Virus record (IMG/VR): IMGVR_UViG_2706794690_000014
Origin: a virus
Taxonomy: Duplodnaviria; Heunggongvirae; Uroviricota; Caudoviricetes
Reading direction: 5' to 3' (one strand)
DNA: 39,909 nt
Below the pieces are notes generated by a model, which did not search any database, was not told the DNA's origin, and was given only the letters and a program-made list of their open reading frames with translations. Position numbers and translations under genes: made by a program. Of this stretch, positions 9,100 through 16,829 are shown in pieces (position 1 is the stretch's first letter; every line of letters begins with the position of its first letter).

Positions 9100-9387
9100 A
9101 TGGAAAAAGAAATCAAATTTGCGCCTAAATCTATCGACGAAGAACTGGCTAAAATCGGCATGCTTGAACGTATGCGGGACATTATCGAATATGCGATAAA
9201 AGAAAATCTTGCAGCCAGAGAAGCCCTTTTGATAATGGAGCGGGAGATTAACCTGATTAAGGATGCTGTATCTCTGGATAATAAAATAGCCCGCGAGGAA
9301 TACGTTCGCCGTAGGCTCGGTGTTGATGGTTCAGCAATTCTTACATCTGAACATTATGCAAAAATTTTTAATCTTTTTCAGCGGTAA
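9100..9387 (+). CDS. Hypothetical early protein
   Basis: ATG at 9100 with GAGGA 8 nt upstream (MEKEIKF...); predicted helical. Confidence 0.45.
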   Translation: MEKEIKFAPKSIDEELAKIGMLERMRDIIEYAIKENLAAREALLIMEREINLIKDAVSLDNKIAREEYVRRRLGVDGSAILTSEHYAKIFNLFQR

Positions 9388-9607
9388 TCCCCATACAGGC
9401 CCGGAGATTGTCGAAATGCCAGTCGGTATTAATATATGAGCCATCCTGGATATCTTCTGCATTTTCCGGGGTAGAGTTTTTTTGAGCGAGATTGATAATA
9501 TGTATTGCCTCCTCACGGGAAATCAGCCCCTTATCGAACAGGGTTACCATAAGATTTCCAGCCATTGTGAATGCGGCAACATCAAGTGCATTTTTTATAT
9601 CTGACAT
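9368..9607 (-). CDS. Hypothetical protein, reverse-oriented within the early region
   Basis: 79-aa minus-strand ORF with balanced composition and an AAGGA RBS 8 nt before its ATG; overlaps the 3' end of the 9100-9387 gene convergently. Confidence 0.45.
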   Translation of the reverse strand: MSDIKNALDVAAFTMAGNLMVTLFDKGLISREEAIHIINLAQKNSTPENAEDIQDGSYINTDWHFDNLRACMGITAEKD

Positions 9608-9635
9608 AGATTTTTCCTTTTATGTTAATTGACAT

Positions 9636-9664
9636 GGCGGTGCGGTAACACCGCCCATTTTTTA
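9636..9664 (+). terminator. Rho-independent terminator-like hairpin
   Basis: Stem ggcggtg/caccgcc with loop cggtaa, followed by a T6 run (9658-9663); lies just upstream of gemA. Confidence 0.5.
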
Positions 9665-9677
9665 TGGAGCCACGATA

Positions 9678-10190
9678 ATGAATCGCGCTTCCCTGATTAC
9701 CTTAATACATGTCGCAAAACGCGATCTACAGCTTGACCATGATACCTATACATCCGCGCTGCTGGCAGCCACCGGCAAATCCAGTTGCCGTGATATGTCA
9801 CCCGGTGAGTTATCCCGCGTGCTGGATGTTTTCAAAAAACGCGGTTTTAAAGTGCGTCAGAAGCCGGTTAACCGGGCCTTAAAACCGGGTACGGTGACCG
9901 CCAAAATTCGCGCCATCTGGAAAGTGATGCACCGGCAGGGATTTATCTCTGATGGCGGGGAAACGGCCCTTAACCGCTGGGTGAAATCGCAGACGGCCGC
10001 GCAGAACGACGGCGAAGGTGTGGCTAACTGGCAGTGGCTGGAGCAACAACCCGCGCTGGCCTCTGATGTGCTGGAGCGTCTCAAACGCTGGCACCGCCGC
10101 AAAATGCTGGCAGCCCTGGATATGTCGGAACGTGCAGTGATGAGTTATGAGCGTGTTTGCAGGCTGTATGAAAAATCATTCCCCCGTTAA
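9678..10190 (+). CDS. gemA: GemA-like regulatory protein (Mu gp16 family)
   Basis: 170-aa ORF with a LI.LIHVAKR..L.LD..TY N-terminus and RAIW motif typical of Mu gp16; located immediately before the Mor/C gene. Confidence 0.7.
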   Translation: MNRASLITLIHVAKRDLQLDHDTYTSALLAATGKSSCRDMSPGELSRVLDVFKKRGFKVRQKPVNRALKPGTVTAKIRAIWKVMHRQGFISDGGETALNRWVKSQTAAQNDGEGVANWQWLEQQPALASDVLERLKRWHRRKMLAALDMSERAVMSYERVCRLYEKSFPR

Positions 10191-10194
10191 CCCC

Positions 10195-10225
10195 AAATCC
10201 CGCCACAGCGCGGGATTTTTATTTT
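10195..10225 (+). terminator. Rho-independent terminator
   Basis: 9-bp stem aaatcccgc/gcgggattt with a 6-nt loop, followed by ttattttt; directly after the gemA stop. Confidence 0.6.
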
Positions 10226-10260
10226 AAACTTGCCCTGTGTAATGATGACCGGAGGCGGGT

Positions 10261-10683
10261 ATGGCTGAAACACAGATGAGCATGTTTGGTGACAGCGAAC
10301 AGCTGCACGCGCTGATTGACCGTCTGGATGATATTCCTGATGATGAGCTGAAAAAGAACTGGCCCGGCACGCTGCGGGACCTGGTTGATGTGATCAGTGC
10401 TGAACTGCACCGTCAGGGGATTGAACCTGCTCAGGCGGGAATGCTTGCCCGTAAGGTTGCAGCCGCACAGGCCGGGTACATGGGCGGGCGTGGTTATTAT
10501 CTCCCGGTCGGTGAATCCCTTTTCACCGAACTGCGCAATAATGAAATTTTTTCCCGCTGGAGCCAGGGCGAAAAAATTGAAACCCTGCGCCGCCACTACC
10601 AGATGTCAGAGACGCAGATTTACTCCGTTATCCGCAACCAGCGTCGCCTGCATCAGGAACGCACGCAGCCACGGCTTTTCTGA
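10261..10683 (+). CDS. Mor/C-family late transcription activator
   Basis: 140 aa with a C-terminal HTH (MSETQIYSVIRNQRR); sits between gemA and the lysis genes as Mor/C do in Mu. Cannot tell Mor from C. Confidence 0.7.
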   Translation: MAETQMSMFGDSEQLHALIDRLDDIPDDELKKNWPGTLRDLVDVISAELHRQGIEPAQAGMLARKVAAAQAGYMGGRGYYLPVGESLFTELRNNEIFSRWSQGEKIETLRRHYQMSETQIYSVIRNQRRLHQERTQPRLF

Positions 10684-10754
10684 TATTCCGCAAATCCTGC
10701 CCCCTTTTCCTCACGGTTACGCTGACTCAGAGAACACCATGAGACAGCGTAACA

Positions 10755-11255
10755 ATGCCAAAACTCCCCGCACCCCTGCGTAAAAAGCTGATTGCCCTTG
10801 TTCTGGCCGGAGCCGGGACGTTCACCATTGCCACGCACTACACCGGCTACTGGGAAGGGAAAGAAAACACCACGTACATTGATCCCACCGGCACCCCCAC
10901 CATCTGTTACGGCCATACCGGCCCGGATGTGAAACCGGGGATGACAAAAACTGATGAAGAGTGTCTGGAGCTGCTGGAAAAGGACATGAAATGGGCCTTT
11001 GCGGCTATCGATCGTCATGTTCAGGTGCCGCTTACCCGTGGTCAGACGGTGGCGCTGGCCTCCTGGATTTTCTGGGCCGGTGAAACGAACTTTCGCAACT
11101 CCACGCTCCTGCGCCTTATCAATGCCGGGCAGATGCCCGCGTCCTGTAAGCAGTATATCCGCTGGATTTATTCAAAGGGGGTAAAACTCCCCGGTCTTGA
11201 GGCCCGCCGTTCGGCGGATGAATGGTTATGTCGTTACGATTTGCCGAAAGTCTGA
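10755..11255 (+). CDS. lys: Endolysin (phage lysozyme) with N-terminal SAR-type signal anchor
   Basis: Catalytic E-x8-D-x5-T pattern (WEGKENTTYIDPTGTPTICYGHT); weakly hydrophobic Gly/Ala-rich N-terminus (LIALVLAGAGTFTIATHY). Confidence 0.8.
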   Translation: MPKLPAPLRKKLIALVLAGAGTFTIATHYTGYWEGKENTTYIDPTGTPTICYGHTGPDVKPGMTKTDEECLELLEKDMKWAFAAIDRHVQVPLTRGQTVALASWIFWAGETNFRNSTLLRLINAGQMPASCKQYIRWIYSKGVKLPGLEARRSADEWLCRYDLPKV

Positions 11256-11328
11256 ACCGCTTCTGGCGACCGCTCATGATTGCGCTGCTGTGTGCCGTTG
11301 TGCTGCTGCGGGGTGTGCTGTGTCTGCG

Positions 11329-11718
11329 GTGAACAATCCCTTACCGGCCCTGATTGCCGGAGGCTGTATGGCGGCGCTGGGGGTGATGAGCGTGCTGGCT
11401 GCCGTGGTATGGGGAATGCACCAGAAGACGCAGCGCCTTGAGGACAATAATCATGTGCTTGTGCGTGAACGGGACGAAGCCCGTCTGGTGCTGGCAAACC
11501 AGCAACGCACCCTGCAACTCATTTCACAAATCAGCAAGGCGGCCACGAATGAAAAACAGCAGAACATGCAGCACAGCGAGGAACAGCAGAGCATTGTCCG
11601 CCGGTCACTGGCAACGGTGCCTGCTGCCGCTGTGCCTGTGCCTGATGATGTGGCTGACCGGGTGCGGCGGGCCGTCTGTGAAATACGTGCCGGTGAAGCC
11701 GGTGCCGATCCCCGCTGA
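11329..11718 (+). CDS. Putative i-spanin (Rz-like)
   Basis: N-terminal TM segment (LPALIAGGCMAALGVMSVLAAVVW) followed by a charged, coiled-coil-like region. Start uncertain (GTG 11329, ATG ~11369, or ATG 11197). Confidence 0.55.
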   Translation: MNNPLPALIAGGCMAALGVMSVLAAVVWGMHQKTQRLEDNNHVLVRERDEARLVLANQQRTLQLISQISKAATNEKQQNMQHSEEQQSIVRRSLATVPAAAVPVPDDVADRVRRAVCEIRAGEAGADPR

Positions 11719-11920
11719 ATGGCTGGCTGACTGCCTGGTCCCTCCCGCGCCGCAGCCGTTCACGTTTGGTGCATCGGTCACTTACAACCTGCAACTGCTG
11801 GCGGTGATTAAAAACTGCAACGTGGACAAGGCCAGCATCCGCCGTCTGGAGACACAGCGACAGCATGAATTTACTGATATGGCCGGAACGACTGCTGTTC
11901 CGGCAGGAAAGACGAAGTAA
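11549..11920 (+). CDS. Putative o-spanin (Rz1-like lipoprotein), overlapping the i-spanin in another frame
   Basis: Lipobox-like LTGC followed by a Pro-rich mature region (PVKPVPIPAEW...PPAPQP); begins inside the i-spanin and extends past it. Start uncertain. Confidence 0.5.
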   Translation: MKNSRTCSTARNSRALSAGHWQRCLLPLCLCLMMWLTGCGGPSVKYVPVKPVPIPAEWLADCLVPPAPQPFTFGASVTYNLQLLAVIKNCNVDKASIRRLETQRQHEFTDMAGTTAVPAGKTK

Positions 11921-11930
11921 GGAAAAAGGT

Positions 11931-12158
11931 ATGGATGATTCAGATTGTGCTCAGGCAGTCATGGAGCGTGCAACAGAACGCGCCCTTTGTGACCGGCTGA
12001 CACGTAAGCGCCGGGTGGCGGAGACACCGGGCAGGCGTGTATGCGCGGACTGCGGGGGTGACATTCCGGCTGCCCGTCTGGTTGCCGTGCCGGATGCCAT
12101 CCGTTGTGTGAACTGCCAGAACATCATGGAGGCCGGTCATGTGGGTCAGCATCGTTAA
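11931..12158 (+). CDS. TraR/DksA-family C4 zinc-finger protein
   Basis: CADCGGDIP...CVNC C4 motif in a ~75-aa protein, as in phage/plasmid TraR-like proteins; ATG at 11931. Confidence 0.6.
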   Translation: MDDSDCAQAVMERATERALCDRLTRKRRVAETPGRRVCADCGGDIPAARLVAVPDAIRCVNCQNIMEAGHVGQHR

Positions 12159-12450
12159 AGATTATGTCGTGCCGATCCTGTCGGCAACGGCCACAGCCGG
12201 GGGGATCTTCATGGCGCTGATGCGCAAAACCTTTGTCCCCCGCGAGGCCTTTGAAAAACTCTCCGACCGGGTTGAGCGGGTGGAGAGCCGGATTTCCGGC
12301 CTGCCCACGCAGCAGGAGGTGAACAGACTCAATATCGAAATCACCACCCTGCGCGGTGAGCTTAAGGCCACCAATGCCACCCTGAAATCCGTCTCCCATC
12401 AGAACGAACTGCTGCTGGAGCAGGCTGTAAGGAAAAAACACAATGAGTGA
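12139..12450 (+). CDS. Small membrane protein (TM plus coiled coil); possible lysis accessory
   Basis: N-terminal hydrophobic segment (VVPILSATATAGGIFMALM) followed by a coiled-coil-like region; located between the lysis and packaging genes. Confidence 0.45.
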   Translation: MWVSIVKDYVVPILSATATAGGIFMALMRKTFVPREAFEKLSDRVERVESRISGLPTQQEVNRLNIEITTLRGELKATNATLKSVSHQNELLLEQAVRKKHNE

Positions 12451-12733
12451 TTTCATTACTGAAGATCAGCGTCTTGTCATTCTGCGGTCGCTGGCGGATT
12501 ACAACGGCGAACTGGGCGAATCCGTGCTTCAGGACTGCCTGGATGATTACGGTCACCGCGTGTCCCGCGACACCGTTCATACCCACATTGCCTGGCTTGC
12601 CGAGCAGGGACTGGTGCGTAAGCGCACGCTTGTTAACGGTTATTTCATCGCTGAACTGACCGGCCGGGGTCAGGATGTGGCGGAAGGCCGCGCCACCGTT
12701 CCGGGTGTGAAGAAACCACGCGCAAGGGGGTAA
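12443..12733 (+). CDS. Hypothetical late protein
   Basis: 96-aa ORF coupled to its neighbours; no recognisable domain. Confidence 0.4.
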   Translation: MSDFITEDQRLVILRSLADYNGELGESVLQDCLDDYGHRVSRDTVHTHIAWLAEQGLVRKRTLVNGYFIAELTGRGQDVAEGRATVPGVKKPRARG

Positions 12734-12735
12734 CG

Positions 12736-13317
12736 ATGGATAAGCCAGCGCGTGGCCGTGTACGCAAGGTGGATTTGCTCCCCGACAGCATCCGTAAGCC
12801 GCTGCTGGAAATGCTGCGTGAAAAACGTCTGACGCAGGTCCAGATCCGCGAGGAAATCAACCGTCTGATCCGTGAAGCAGGTCTGCCGGAAGAGCAGCAG
12901 CTCTCACCGGCGGCCATCAGCCGGGAAGCCTCCCGTAATGAGCTGATTGCCCGTAATCTGCGTGATTTACGCGAGCAGACAAAAGCCATGATGGCCGAAC
13001 TGGGGGATAAGCCGACCGGTGAAACCACGGCACTGATTCTGGAGATGTCCCGTGCCCTGATGTACCGCCGTCTGCGTGCCGCCACCGAATCCCTGAACAG
13101 CGACAGCGATGTGGATATGCGCCTTATTAAGGACATCCTCCTGTCGGCACAGCGTGCAGAAAGTGCCGCCGAGCGCAGCATTAAGCGTGAAAAAGAAATC
13201 CGGGCCGCATTTGCTGAAGAGATGGCGAATGCGGTCACCGATGAGTTGCGCGGCGTGGATGGCATGAGCGAGCAGATCGAATTCCGTATCAGGCAGATGC
13301 TGCTGGGTAAGGCGTAG
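12736..13317 (+). CDS. Putative terminase small subunit / DNA-binding protein (Mu gp27-like)
   Basis: 193-aa charged helical protein two genes upstream of the large terminase, as in Mu. Confidence 0.5.
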   Translation: MDKPARGRVRKVDLLPDSIRKPLLEMLREKRLTQVQIREEINRLIREAGLPEEQQLSPAAISREASRNELIARNLRDLREQTKAMMAELGDKPTGETTALILEMSRALMYRRLRAATESLNSDSDVDMRLIKDILLSAQRAESAAERSIKREKEIRAAFAEEMANAVTDELRGVDGMSEQIEFRIRQMLLGKA

Positions 13318-13327
13318 GAGGTGAATC

Positions 13328-13576
13328 ATGGCAACAGATAACCGCTCACTGATGAGCAGTGCCCATCAGAAAGCATTCAGTCTTGCAACACAGTTACCTC
13401 CTGAAACCATAAAGGTATGTCGTGAGTTGACTGAACTCAGCATTGCCGGGGAAATATCCCTGGAACAACTGCATTCGCTGCTGGCAGAGGCTGCCACTGA
13501 TGAGTTGAGCGGCGTGGACGTGATGACTGAAGAGCTTGAGTCCCGAATCAAAAGCATTCTGACAGGTAAAGCATGA
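13328..13576 (+). CDS. Small protein paralogous to the C-terminus of the preceding gene
   Basis: C-terminal ~25 aa (DELSGVDVMTEELESRIKSILTGKA) parallel the upstream protein's C-terminus (DELRGVDGMSEQIEFRIRQMLLGKA); DNA is also similar. Confidence 0.45.
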   Translation: MATDNRSLMSSAHQKAFSLATQLPPETIKVCRELTELSIAGEISLEQLHSLLAEAATDELSGVDVMTEELESRIKSILTGKA

Positions 13577-15240
13577 TGAACAAAGCCAGAGAAACGTCGC
13601 CTTCACTGATGCAAATGACGCCTCCCCGCAAAATTGATCTGTCAGGTGAAAAAGCCCTGCTGGGCGTGGATGTGCCGGACAGCCTTGATTTGCCCGGTGA
13701 TATGCCGGTGTTTCTGGATTATCAGGCCCGCTGGTTTGCAGATGAAAGTCAGGTCTGCATCGCGGAGAAATCCCGCCGCACCGGTCTTACCTGGGCGGAA
13801 GCCGGGCGTAACGTCATTACTGCTGCAAAACCGAAGCGTCGTGGTGGCCGCAATGTGTTTTATGTGGGATCAAAGCAGGAGATGGCGCTGGAATATATTT
13901 CTGCCTGCGCGCTGTTCTCCCGTGCCTTTAACCAGCTGGCAGATGCTGATGTGTATGAGCAGACATTCTGGGATCGGGATAAAAAAGAAGAAATTTTGAC
14001 CTACATGATCCGCTTTCCGAACAGTGGATTCAAAATTCAGGCATTGTCTTCCCGTCCGTCAAACCTGCGCGGCCTTCAGGGGGATGTGGTGATTGATGAA
14101 GCCGCGTTCCACGAGTCACTGGATGAGCTTCTCAAGGCGGCAATGGCGCTCACTATGTGGGGCGCGCGCGTGCGTATTATCTCCACGCATAACGGCGTCG
14201 ATAATCTGTTTAATCAGTACATTCAGGAAGCCCGCGAGGGGCGCAAGGATTACAGCGTCCACCGCATAACCCTGGATGATGCCATTGCGGACGGGCTGTA
14301 CCGTCGTATCTGTTACGTCACCGATCAGGAATGGTCACCGGAAAGCGAGCAGAAATGGCGTGATGATCTCTACAAAAACGCCCCGACCCGTGAGGATGCC
14401 GACGAGGAATACGGCTGTATCCCGAAAAAATCCGGCGGTGCCTATATCCCCCACGCGCTTATTGAAATGGCGATGATCCGCGACATCCCGATTCTGACGT
14501 TTGAAGCCCCGGACAACTTCATCAGCCGTGCCGCATGGCTGCGTGAATCGGAAGTTTTAACCTGGTGTGAAGAACATTTAAAACCGCTTTTAGAGAAATT
14601 AAATCCCCGTTCCCGCTTCAGCTTCGGGGAAGACTTTGCCCGCACCGGTGACCTGTCCTGCTTTGTGCTGCTGGAAATCACCGAATCCCTGGCAAAGCGC
14701 GAGGTGTTTCGCGTGGAGCTGCGCAACCTGCCGTATGCCCAGCAGGAACAGGTGATGATGTACATCCTGACCCGCGTTCCGGCGCTGGTCGGTGCGGCGT
14801 TCGACGCCACCGGTAACGGCGGCTATCTGGCAGAGGCCGCACTGCTGGCCTTTGGCCCGGACATCATCGACTGCGTGATGTTGTCGCCGAAGTGGTACGG
14901 CGAGTGGATGCCAAAACTGAAAGCCGAGTTTGAAGATCAGAATATCCTCGTCGCCCGCCATCAGACCACGCTTGATGATTTGCGCCATGTGAAGGTAGTG
15001 AATGGTATCCCGCAAATCGACAAGGGGCGCACGAAGGACCAGAACGCAACGGCTGCGAACGCCCGCCGCCATGGTGATTTTGCCGTGGCGCTCTGTATGG
15101 CAAACCGGGCGTCATACATGGAGGGCTTCATCCTGGATGAATCAGCCTGTCAGGCGCTACAGGAGCGGTCGCGGGCAATGGAGGGCGGTTATCGTGATGA
15201 CGATGAGGCATATCATGAATTTGATCGGGGGGGCTGGTAG
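13573..15240 (+). CDS. Terminase large subunit (Mu gp28-like)
   Basis: 555-aa ORF directly upstream of the portal; size, position and ATPase/nuclease-like composition fit TerL. Confidence 0.8.
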   Translation: MMNKARETSPSLMQMTPPRKIDLSGEKALLGVDVPDSLDLPGDMPVFLDYQARWFADESQVCIAEKSRRTGLTWAEAGRNVITAAKPKRRGGRNVFYVGSKQEMALEYISACALFSRAFNQLADADVYEQTFWDRDKKEEILTYMIRFPNSGFKIQALSSRPSNLRGLQGDVVIDEAAFHESLDELLKAAMALTMWGARVRIISTHNGVDNLFNQYIQEAREGRKDYSVHRITLDDAIADGLYRRICYVTDQEWSPESEQKWRDDLYKNAPTREDADEEYGCIPKKSGGAYIPHALIEMAMIRDIPILTFEAPDNFISRAAWLRESEVLTWCEEHLKPLLEKLNPRSRFSFGEDFARTGDLSCFVLLEITESLAKREVFRVELRNLPYAQQEQVMMYILTRVPALVGAAFDATGNGGYLAEAALLAFGPDIIDCVMLSPKWYGEWMPKLKAEFEDQNILVARHQTTLDDLRHVKVVNGIPQIDKGRTKDQNATAANARRHGDFAVALCMANRASYMEGFILDESACQALQERSRAMEGGYRDDDEAYHEFDRGGW

Positions 15241-16829
15241 TGGGACGCATCATTGATACTGACGGAAAACCTTTCTCCTTTGACCCGGAGATGCAGAGTG
15301 CCGCGCTGGATATTCCGCAGATTGCCAGCCGTTATATTGAACATCCGGCTTCGGGTATCACCCCGAACCGGGCGGCGCAGTGCCTTCGCGGGGCTGAACG
15401 TGGCGATCTGATTGCCCAGTCCGATCTGGCCGCTGATATTGAAGAAAAGGACACCCACCTTTTTGCGGAGCTGGGCAAGCGACGTCTTGCCATTCAGGGG
15501 GTGCCATGGAGTATTGAGCCGCCACCGAACGCCAGCGCGAATGAGAAAAAGGACGCGGAAATGCTCGACGAATATCTGCATTCCGCAGACTGGTTTGATG
15601 CCATGCTGTTTGACGCCACGGATGCCATCCTGAAGGGCTATTCCTGCATGGAAATTGAGCACGGGATGCTCGGTAAAATGCACATCATCCGCGCCATCCG
15701 CTGGCGTGACAGCGGGCATTTCTGCCTTAACCCGGATGATTTGAGCGAACTGCGGCTGCGTGACGGCAGCCATGCCGGGGTGGCGTTTCAGCCCTTTGGC
15801 TGGATAGTGCATCAGTCGCGTTCACGCACCGGCTACGGTGGTGCGACGGGGCTTGTCAGAACGCTTATCTGGCCGTTCATTTTCAAAAACTATTCCGTGC
15901 GCGATCTGGCGGAATTTCTGGAGGTGTACGGCCTGCCAATGAAGGTCGGGAAATACCCGTCCGGGGCAACACCGGAGCAGAAAAGTGCCCTGATGCGGGC
16001 GGTGATGGATATCGGGCGACGTACAGGCGGGATCATCCCGGCCGGGATGTCGCTGGAGTTTCAGGCGGCAGCGAACGGTCAGGCCGATCCGTTTGAAACC
16101 ATGATTTCGTGGGGTGAGCGTTCCATCTCCAAAGCAATACTCGGCGGCACGCTGACCACAGAAGCCGGAGACAAAGGCGCGCGCTCGCTGGGTGAGGTGC
16201 ATAACGAGGTGCGCCGGGAAATCAGGGATTCTGATTTACGCCAGCTGGCTGCAACCCTGAACCGCGATCTGGTGTATCCGCTGTATGCCCTGAACACCGC
16301 CCACGCCATTGATATCCGTCGCCTGCCGCGTATCTGTTTCCAGACCAAAGAACCGGGGGATATCACCAAAATAGCCAGTGCGGTGATGCAACTCAGTGCG
16401 GGGATGGATATTCCTGATCCCTGGGTACGGGATCAGACCGGTATTCCACAGCCCACGCCCGGTGAAGCCATATTCCGTGTCCGTCAGAGCAGTAATGAAC
16501 CGGCCATGCCTGACAGGGAAACGCTACCGGAAAAACAGGAAAAGACAGAACAGACGGCGCTTTCAGCCCGACTGCCGGAAGCGAAAAACACGCCGCGTGA
16601 TGAACTGGACGACATGGGGGACGCGGTGCCTGCCCGCCGCTTACAGGAGGCCATCGATCCGGTGCTGGAGCCGGTCATTGATGTCATCAGAACGCGGGGG
16701 CTGGCGGAGGCACTGGCAGACCTGCCTGCCCTTTACCGTGAAATGGATGATTCCCGCCTGATGACGCTGCTCAGTGATGCCATGTTTGCTGCGGAAATGA
16801 AGGGGATGCTGGATGGCTCAGGGGATTGA
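15240..16829 (+). CDS. Portal protein (Mu gp29-like)
   Basis: 529-aa ORF between terminase and the F-like head gene. Confidence 0.8.
   Translation: MGRIIDTDGKPFSFDPEMQSAALDIPQIASRYIEHPASGITPNRAAQCLRGAERGDLIAQSDLAADIEEKDTHLFAELGKRRLAIQGVPWSIEPPPNASANEKKDAEMLDEYLHSADWFDAMLFDATDAILKGYSCMEIEHGMLGKMHIIRAIRWRDSGHFCLNPDDLSELRLRDGSHAGVAFQPFGWIVHQSRSRTGYGGATGLVRTLIWPFIFKNYSVRDLAEFLEVYGLPMKVGKYPSGATPEQKSALMRAVMDIGRRTGGIIPAGMSLEFQAAANGQADPFETMISWGERSISKAILGGTLTTEAGDKGARSLGEVHNEVRREIRDSDLRQLAATLNRDLVYPLYALNTAHAIDIRRLPRICFQTKEPGDITKIASAVMQLSAGMDIPDPWVRDQTGIPQPTPGEAIFRVRQSSNEPAMPDRETLPEKQEKTEQTALSARLPEAKNTPRDELDDMGDAVPARRLQEAIDPVLEPVIDVIRTRGLAEALADLPALYREMDDSRLMTLLSDAMFAAEMKGMLDGSGD

Noticed and set aside
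11197-11328. Upstream extension of the i-spanin ORF overlapping the endolysin 3' end
   Set aside because: The extension adds ~44 residues before the TM segment and overlaps the endolysin by 59 nt; the GTG at 11329 gives a typical i-spanin length. The longer form cannot be excluded.
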